Assembly (NCBI GenBank): GCA_000146465.1
Contig: CP001952.1
Direction: 5' to 3' (one strand)
Length of the DNA: 64,000 bases
Under the pieces are notes generated by a model. The model was not told the origin of the DNA. It made no database searches and saw only the letters and a program-made list of their open reading frames with translations. Position 1 is the stretch's first letter. The number at the start of each line of letters is the position of its first letter. The position numbers were made by a program, and so were the translations under genes. This document shows, piece after piece, positions 57,716-64,000 of this stretch.

Positions 57716-58696
57716 TTAAATTCTATCTCTATAATACTCATATTCTCCATTTCTAAAGCACTCCACTACATATGAGACAATCCTTTCGACATCCACTTCC
57801 TTGGAATCCAAGGCTCCTATAAACTCAATGAGCTGCTCGCCCTGAAGCTCCAGTATTTTTTTTGCAAAGAACCTGAGGATGGCTGCAGCAAAGAACATAA
57901 AAACAGAGAAATCGAAGAACAGGAAAAAATCCCACATTCTTAGAGCCAACTTGATATCAAACCTTGTAAATAGCGTCAAATACCAGCCCACGGCATAAAC
58001 CCCGATATCTATGCTCTGATGTAGTAGATGGCCATACACCTCAGGTATTAAAGCCCGGAAAATCTCATCCTGCACTCTCTGCACCCGAGGAACCTTGCTC
58101 AGCTTCTTGTCAAACAAGGCTTCTAGATTGTTGTTCTTGATGATGCTGACAAGCATCTCAAAGGCTTCTTCCTCAGGGAAATACATTAAGAGCAATGCTG
58201 CAGCACTGGACATTCCTTGGCAGTATCCAACCTCCGGATTGTAATTTGAGTATGCTGTAAGGATATTGAACAATTCGCATTGCCCTCTTCCATATTCTCT
58301 GCTGAAGAGACAGTGTCTTCGGAAAGTCCTCTGAACATCCACATGGATCTGATGCTCATATCCACTCCTTTTTGATATTAGACTTGAGTAACTGAATCCC
58401 GAGGCCTTGGGAGTAAACAGTCCCCATAATCTGTACTTCAGGGAGAGAGGAATTCCTTGGTATATCAATCTTCTCGCAGCCTCGCTTCTTCGCAGCTTTT
58501 CTCCATTATTTTTGCATCTTGCTATGAGATCGTACCATTCGTTTTTGATGGAGACGGGATTGTCTCTGGCCTGGGAGTTGAAGCTATCTACAACGAATCC
58601 ATACTCGTTTGTGCAAAAAATCTCTTCGGACATACTATTGGCATTGTAGAGATCTCTTATGCATCTTTCGTTCTTCATGTTGTTTTCGAGCCGCAT
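57716..58696 (-). CDS. TBC-domain Rab GTPase-activating protein
   Basis: IYQGIPLSLKYRLWGLF (Arg-finger region) and YCQGMSSAAALLLMYF (Gln finger YxQ). Track start 58843 is TTG; first ATG at 58696. Confidence 0.7.
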   Translation of the reverse strand: MRLENNMKNERCIRDLYNANSMSEEIFCTNEYGFVVDSFNSQARDNPVSIKNEWYDLIARCKNNGEKLRRSEAARRLIYQGIPLSLKYRLWGLFTPKASGFSYSSLISKRSGYEHQIHVDVQRTFRRHCLFSREYGRGQCELFNILTAYSNYNPEVGYCQGMSSAAALLLMYFPEEEAFEMLVSIIKNNNLEALFDKKLSKVPRVQRVQDEIFRALIPEVYGHLLHQSIDIGVYAVGWYLTLFTRFDIKLALRMWDFFLFFDFSVFMFFAAAILRFFAKKILELQGEQLIEFIGALDSKEVDVERIVSYVVECFRNGEYEYYRDRI

Positions 58697-58885
58697 TTTT
58701 ATAAATAGAGGATCTGAAACATCAAGAAAAGGCTGATTGCCCTCCAGATAGATGTGTTGTAACTCTTTGAAGTCCCTGCCCCGTGACACATGTGTAGAGT
58801 CCGGCCTGAAAATCTTGTCTGCTAACGCCTTGGACTGAAACAATGCAAGAGATCTGTGTAAATTAAGAAAAACTCAATAGAACAT

Positions 58886-59467
58886 ATGCATCATAAGAGC
58901 ACAGTCAAAAAGACATTCAAAGTCTTGTTTTTCTTTATCCAGGCATTAGTGTTTATTTCAGGGGTTGGAGGGTCGATAGTTGGAACAACAGTCTATCTAA
59001 CTGCACACGAACTCCTTCAGATACCTAAAAAGGCACTTGTGATTTCGTACACATTGGGAATTCTAGAAGTGACATCGGGGATTCTTGGATACACGGCATT
59101 GGTGTCGAGAAGAAAGATTCGAATGCTTGTCTACATCCTAATCACACTTATCCTCATGAATGCCCAGGCCATGGCGGTGGTCAAGAACTCAGCTATCTAC
59201 GAGAAGTCACATTCATGGGCAGATCAAAGATGGAGTTTATTGAGTGAAGAACAACGAAACTTTATTCAGATGAAGTTTAGATGCTGCGGGTTTTTTAACC
59301 CAGCCGACAGAAATGGATCCAGCTGTGGAGGAGAGTATGGATGTGCAGAAACGATTGATAAGCTTTCCAAGAGTACGGTAAAGCTTCTGCAAAAAATTCT
59401 GATGTTTTTGTTCTTCTTGGAGTCGGTTGGAGTTGGAATTTTGAGTATGCTAAGACTTAGAAAGTGA
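58886..59467 (+). CDS. Tetraspanin-like four-TM protein with CCG motif
   Basis: TM1 VLFFFIQALVFISGVGGSIVG, TM2 ALVISYTLGILEVTSGILGY, TM3 MLVYILITLILMNAQAMAVV, large loop with FRCCGFFNPADRNGSSCGGEYGC (CCG plus 2 further Cys), TM4 ILMFLFFLESVGVGILSML. Confidence 0.5.
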   Translation: MHHKSTVKKTFKVLFFFIQALVFISGVGGSIVGTTVYLTAHELLQIPKKALVISYTLGILEVTSGILGYTALVSRRKIRMLVYILITLILMNAQAMAVVKNSAIYEKSHSWADQRWSLLSEEQRNFIQMKFRCCGFFNPADRNGSSCGGEYGCAETIDKLSKSTVKLLQKILMFLFFLESVGVGILSMLRLRK

Positions 59468-59614
59468 AACTGGGGGAATTCCGAAATAATAAAAGTAGTT
59501 AGCTTTTGGTTTGGTCTGGGCTTAGGAGAGTATAACTAGAAGAAGGATTGAGATGAAAAGGAGTTGTAGTGCTGCTTGGAAGGAACTTATAATTTAAAAA
59601 TTTGCCCCCTTATA

Positions 59615-60781
59615 ATGCACCAGGAAAATAGAAAGAAACGGATTCCAGGTATTCACTCATACCTAGCAGTTATAGGAGAGCTTCGGCAAGAGCTTGGGAA
59701 GGTTAATGAGTCGATAAACGACCTCCGAGATAAGATATCAGCTATTTACAAGCAGGAGAGAGAAAACTCCCCAAAGAATAATTTATACAAGAAGCTAGAA
59801 GAGCTGGGTAACGAGATAAAGGCATTGAAGGAGGATAGGTCGAAAGCATTTAACTCTAAAAACGATGTTGTGGGAGTATATGAGAATGTAAAGAGTGAGA
59901 TCCAGCCGGAAAAGGGAAAGAAAATGATGAGTGCACAGGAAATCGATGCGCGCATGAAGGAGATAAACCTCAAGCTGATTTCTTCGAAATGTGATTCCAA
60001 AACAGAAAAGATATTTGAGATGGAAATGGAAAATCTTAGGAAACAGAAGAAGAATATCGGGATGATGGAGCAGAAGAGCAAGCTTGCTGTAGATATGAAA
60101 GCCAAGCTTGATTCGTTGAATGCAGAGATTAAGGATCTGAGCCAGAAGATAGCAGAGAGGCAGTCTGTTGTAGATGGAATAAAGGCTGAGCTTAAAGAGA
60201 TAAGCGACCAAGGAAAGCCTAAGAATCCGGCTGTTGAGGGGTATGAGAAGAACATTCAGATACTCAAAGCCAAGAGAAGCGATCTTTCGGAGAAGATAAA
60301 GGCACAACAGGAGAAGATAAGAGAGAAGGAGGTTGAGTACGATAAATTCCTTGAAGAGATGGCTATTGCACAGGCACTTGAGAAGCAAAAGGAGGAGATT
60401 AAACAGAGAATAAATGCTCTTGAGGAGCAAAAGAACATTCTCTCTAAAGAGGAGTCGAAGCTTAATCCTTCGAAGTTTGATTCTATAATATTTAGAATGG
60501 GGTCTCTTAACCTGTCTGGAGAGAAGATCAGCCTTCCTGTCGATCTAGCTCTCTATCTAAGTCAGCATAAGATTCCAATTCCAACATCCCCTAGTCAAGT
60601 GGAACCTACTATTGAGACACTTAAGTCTCAGAAGGAAAACTTTGCAAACCAAGTAGTTGAAAAGAGGAAGGAATTTGAAAGCAAGATCTCTGACCTGGAA
60701 AGAAAGATATCCGAAGAGAAGAAAACTTTAATGGAGATGCCTCCTACTGATATAAAGGTGTTGAAGTTCAAGCGGGATTAA
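59615..60781 (+). CDS. Coiled-coil protein (Bfr1-like?), hypothetical
   Basis: Track start 59576 is TTG; ATG at 59615. About 390 aa of heptad-rich Lys/Glu sequence with repeated xIKxLxxKIxE units. Family uncertain. Confidence 0.45.
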   Translation: MHQENRKKRIPGIHSYLAVIGELRQELGKVNESINDLRDKISAIYKQERENSPKNNLYKKLEELGNEIKALKEDRSKAFNSKNDVVGVYENVKSEIQPEKGKKMMSAQEIDARMKEINLKLISSKCDSKTEKIFEMEMENLRKQKKNIGMMEQKSKLAVDMKAKLDSLNAEIKDLSQKIAERQSVVDGIKAELKEISDQGKPKNPAVEGYEKNIQILKAKRSDLSEKIKAQQEKIREKEVEYDKFLEEMAIAQALEKQKEEIKQRINALEEQKNILSKEESKLNPSKFDSIIFRMGSLNLSGEKISLPVDLALYLSQHKIPIPTSPSQVEPTIETLKSQKENFANQVVEKRKEFESKISDLERKISEEKKTLMEMPPTDIKVLKFKRD

Positions 60782-61639
60782 ACTTTGGTTGCATTTTGCG
60801 GTTTGATTTATTATATTTAGAAGAAACAGAACTTTCTTGGACACTTCCAAGTAATCCCTTCTTTCAGGAGATGTTTGCTGGATGTTAATTATCTTTTCCG
60901 GAAGGACTTGGCAGTGCACAGCCAATAATCGTCGATTTCATGGCGGGTGCTGTGAGTATTTTCTTTTTTTGCTTATGTGATAGCCGAACGATGCGGACTG
61001 TTTCTAGGGAGGGGAGTTCTGATGGCCTTGGCGAATAGTAAACCCCTGCATATCTCTCGTTCATCTTATCGAGTGTTATTCTTGTTAACATTTTCTCTTC
61101 TTTGTTTTTACTCCCCTTGGGCTTATTTTGTTTTATATAGACATATGCTTCTGGAAAGTTCTATTGGTACAAACTATCTACTAAGGGTTTCATTGGTTAA
61201 AAAGAGGGCAGTGAATCTAAAAAAATCATAGGGCTAGGAGTTTTACAACCGGTATAAAAAAGTAAAAAAAAGGCACCCCACTTACCACGTGGAGATGAAA
61301 CAGCCTTCATGCGGTTTTCATCGTGAATGTCCAATTCTCACTACACAAAATGGAGCAATGGGCATTCATCTGGGCAACACCCTCCACACAATTTCTTTCC
61401 TGGGAGATTAAGCAAGATCTGCTTTCTCCTTATTATCTAAGGTTTGTATCTTTTCCAAGGCTGAGCAACTCTGGAATGGAGAGACATCTATAAGAGGCCA
61501 GGCCTGTCTTTCAGTTAACCTCCGTCTTTTAGGAGATAAGACACAAATAAATATGTCTGATGATCCTTTACAAAAAGGAGATGCCCTTTTCAAACATTTA
61601 TGAAAACACCCTTCAAATTCACCGGAATAGAAATTAGAA

Positions 61640-63226
61640 ATGAAGAGAGAAGAAATAGATGATAGTAACGATTGCCGCATCTACCACGATGACTTCCGCG
61701 GCGGCAGACATAGGCCCATATCTGCACCGCCAGTGGATAAGTTCTTCATTGAGGATGAAGTGGAGCTTGGGGATATACAAACAGATTTGAACTACTCTAT
61801 TTTTTACAGAAGAAATTGTAAGAACGAGCCTCGACTGCAACCACCGAGCTTTTTTATAAGGGGGCAAAGCGGATATTGGGCTAGCCAATATGATGACTTG
61901 ATAACCAAGGCGTTCTCAAACACCGGGTTTTTTGACATAAAGGTTACTGGAGAGTCCTCTGCGGAGCTGGAAAATAACAGGTCTCTTGCAGAAAGAATTG
62001 ACGAGGATTACCCGGAATCTGAGAAGAGTAGTGAGTATAAGGGCACATCAAGAGCAACAACACCCATAGGGAATATGAATGTATTAGATACCGAGGCATT
62101 TAGTGCGATGCTAAATCTCAAGGGGGGAAAAGGAACAGAAACCACTTCCCAAGGAAGCCGTCCCTCTCCTCCCGATGGGGGTATTGAAGGAATTCCTATG
62201 GACAGCAAGTTTCTGAGAGAGCTCCTAGAAGTATACGAGGAGCAAAGTGGAAGAGGAAGTAAAAACATATTTGGAGGTAATACCATGAAAGAGATATGTA
62301 TCAATGTAAGCAAAGACCAGGAGGGAAGCAGATGCATCCAAAGAAAAATGGACAGCATTTCTAGGGAGGAGATTTCATGGTTCTTCAATAATATTGTAGA
62401 AGCGGCATCGGAATTATCTGCTAATCTGTTTGGAAACTACGTCGTTCAAAAGATTATACCTCTTTTAACCGAAGGAGAGAGAACAATATTAATAACAAAG
62501 CTGGTTGGGCAAATTCATCTTCTTTCTGTTCATCCTTATGGATGCAGAGTGGTACAAAAGCTGGTGGATGTTTCTTCGGATGTTGATTTTATCCTAGAGG
62601 AGGTAAAGGGCAACTTACTAGAACTAATAGAGGATCAAAATGGAAACCATGTTATTCAGAAATGCATAGAGAAGTGTAAAGACAGGAAAATTATCCTACA
62701 ACAATTTTCCGAGAACTCTCTGTTTCTGGCCACTCACAAGTACGGGTGTAGAGTCATTCAGAGAATGCTCGAGTTCTGCAAGAAGGACGAAATCAAAGGT
62801 ATTGTGGAAGTCCTCATAGGAAACATAAAGACACTTGTTGATGACCAGTACGGGAATTATGTTATACAACATATTCTGGCAGTTGGAAAAGAAGAAGAAA
62901 GGAACCTTGTCATCGAAAGAATAATTGAAAAGAGCTATGAGCTAAGTAAATGCAAGTTCTCAAGTAACGTTGTTGAGCAATGTGTTAAGCTTTCAAACAA
63001 TGGCCAAAGAGAGCAGTTTCTGGAGAAATTCTTGGAGCCTGTAGGTGGTAAGCCTGGGATGTATTCTATGTGCACCGACATGTACGGGAACTATGTTGTG
63101 CAGCGTCTGTACGATTCCTCTGGAGAAGGAGTACGGAAAGAGATTAAGAACACACTAAGGCCTTTTGTCAAGGACCTCAAAAAATCTCCGTTTGCAAGAC
63201 ATATCCTCTTCAAAATCAACACATGA
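61640..63226 (+). CDS. Pumilio-family (PUF) RNA-binding protein
   Basis: Eight Puf repeats with FGNYVVQKII, YGCRVVQKLV, QNGNHVIQKCI, YGCRVIQRML, QYGNYVIQHIL, FSSNVVEQCV, YGNYVVQRLY. Confidence 0.9.
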   Translation: MKREEIDDSNDCRIYHDDFRGGRHRPISAPPVDKFFIEDEVELGDIQTDLNYSIFYRRNCKNEPRLQPPSFFIRGQSGYWASQYDDLITKAFSNTGFFDIKVTGESSAELENNRSLAERIDEDYPESEKSSEYKGTSRATTPIGNMNVLDTEAFSAMLNLKGGKGTETTSQGSRPSPPDGGIEGIPMDSKFLRELLEVYEEQSGRGSKNIFGGNTMKEICINVSKDQEGSRCIQRKMDSISREEISWFFNNIVEAASELSANLFGNYVVQKIIPLLTEGERTILITKLVGQIHLLSVHPYGCRVVQKLVDVSSDVDFILEEVKGNLLELIEDQNGNHVIQKCIEKCKDRKIILQQFSENSLFLATHKYGCRVIQRMLEFCKKDEIKGIVEVLIGNIKTLVDDQYGNYVIQHILAVGKEEERNLVIERIIEKSYELSKCKFSSNVVEQCVKLSNNGQREQFLEKFLEPVGGKPGMYSMCTDMYGNYVVQRLYDSSGEGVRKEIKNTLRPFVKDLKKSPFARHILFKINT

Positions 63227-63337
63227 TCGGCTTCCATGTAAAATTTTGAGAATAAAGGTAAAGGTTTAATCGGACTCTTTTTTTACCAATTCCCCTGGGA
63301 TTCAACCAAGAAAGTAAAGTTGGTATGTAGCCCTGGA

Positions 63338-64000
63338 ATGACCAAGGGTTTAAATAACAGGGATGCAATTATAGCCATGATTCTTGCGATGATGGGGACA
63401 GGGATAACCTTTATGCCATATGCATTTAAATCCGCAGGATATCTTAATGCAATATTTCTTATGATGTTCTTTGGAATGGGGACGGCCGTGTCATGCTATT
63501 GCATTTCTTATGCAGCAAAGCGTTCAGGCCAGAACCATCCCACATATTCTAGCTTAGCATCCGATATTTCTACAACACTTGGGTATGCAGTAAACATTTC
63601 CATCTTCTTCAATGGATATCTTGCAGGTGTTAATTTCTACAGATATCTATCGGATCTAATTGTTAAGAACTCATACTATATCCAAAATCTTACCGGAGAC
63701 TACGAGAAGTCTCGGAAGGCTGTTGTTCTTGCCCTTTCAATTCCATTTCTGTATCTGTCCTTCAAGAAGACACTGTCGGGCCTTGTATTTACGTCTTATC
63801 TGAGTATTGCATCTGTATTATATCTGTCGTTTCTTATGATTTATCTATTCCTTGTTGTAGGAACCTCGTCTGTGGGCGGAAAGGCAAGACCATTTAACGG
63901 ATCCTTGGAGGAAGCCGTTCCCTTTTTCATTTCCTCTATGGTGTGCCAGGCAAATATGGTCAAAATATATACGGAAATGGAGAAGAAAGGCAACAGAAAC
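63338..64000 (+). CDS. Amino acid transporter, AAAP/Avt family; partial, continues past window end
   Basis: Stop-free frame from ATG 63338 to the window edge: MTKGLNNRDAIIAMILAMMGTGITFMPYAFKSAGYLNAIFLMMFFGMG... (Aa_trans N-terminal signature) with successive TM helices. Absent from the ORF track because it has no stop in the window. Confidence 0.55.
   Translation, partial: MTKGLNNRDAIIAMILAMMGTGITFMPYAFKSAGYLNAIFLMMFFGMGTAVSCYCISYAAKRSGQNHPTYSSLASDISTTLGYAVNISIFFNGYLAGVNFYRYLSDLIVKNSYYIQNLTGDYEKSRKAVVLALSIPFLYLSFKKTLSGLVFTSYLSIASVLYLSFLMIYLFLVVGTSSVGGKARPFNGSLEEAVPFFISSMVCQANMVKIYTEMEKKGNRN

Noticed and set aside
61290-61345. Weak resemblance to the U6 snRNA 3' half (...TCGTGAATGTCCAATTCTC... 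against ...TTCGTGAAGCGTTCCATATTTTT).
   Set aside because: The ACAGAGA box, the AGC triad and the 5' stem-loop are absent; the similarity is too short to call.
1-64000. Prokaryotic-style features: operons, CRISPR repeats, defence systems, IS elements, rho-independent terminators.
   Set aside because: The gene content is entirely eukaryotic (TFIID/TFIIF subunits, spliceosome, kinetochore, COPII, SNAREs, histone-fold proteins, Pol III tRNA). I found no repeat arrays or transposase-like ORFs by reading. Nothing here points to a novel prokaryotic system.

Overview
This window is a compact, intron-poor stretch of eukaryotic nuclear DNA; nothing in it looks prokaryotic. I call about 58 protein-coding genes plus one tRNA-Gly(CCC) in 64 kb, roughly one gene per 1.1 kb. 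Spacers are mostly 5-200 nt, and several convergent CDSs nearly abut or overlap. Four lines of evidence point to an Encephalitozoon-like microsporidian: the gene content (mostly housekeeping and core cellular machinery), the systematically shortened proteins, a hexokinase and a probable polar tube protein 3 (PTP3) that both carry N-terminal signal peptides, and a recurrent CCC (or GGG) motif 3-15 nt upstream of start codons. Estimated GC is about 43%. The block PTP3-like / Sec13 / EF2 matches what I recall of E. cuniculi chromosome XI; that is memory, not a check. Recognisable genes include PMS1, RVB2, V-ATPase subunit A, a CDK, adrenodoxin reductase, a forkhead TF, an ABCG transporter, eIF4E, NOT1, RPL15, FIP1, RPB9, HSP104/ClpB, DPH5, SEC13, EF2, an NC2-alpha-like histone-fold protein, SF3B2, a NEK-like kinase, a CDF zinc transporter, TRM8, APN1, a syntaxin, ABCE1/RLI1, a SUN-domain protein, an SLC19-like transporter, a TruA-type pseudouridine synthase, RPS19, a Pho88-like protein, SUI1, a NOT4 lacking its RING finger, a proteasome alpha subunit, an R2R3 Myb, a TBC RabGAP, a tetraspanin-like protein and a Pumilio protein. 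I found no CRISPR arrays, operons, defence islands or transposons. The ORF track evidently uses TTG/GTG as starts, so I moved starts to the first plausible ATG, usually the one with a CCC motif upstream. My hand-read coordinates can be off by +/-1. The points most worth a second look are the PTP3-like giant Cys-free secretory protein, the RING-less NOT4, the 153-nt PMS1/RVB2 coding overlap, start codons embedded in CATG palindromes, several small unannotated ORFs sitting in oversized gaps, and two unusually long ORF-free regions (about 860 nt and 480 nt) that could hold ncRNA genes.
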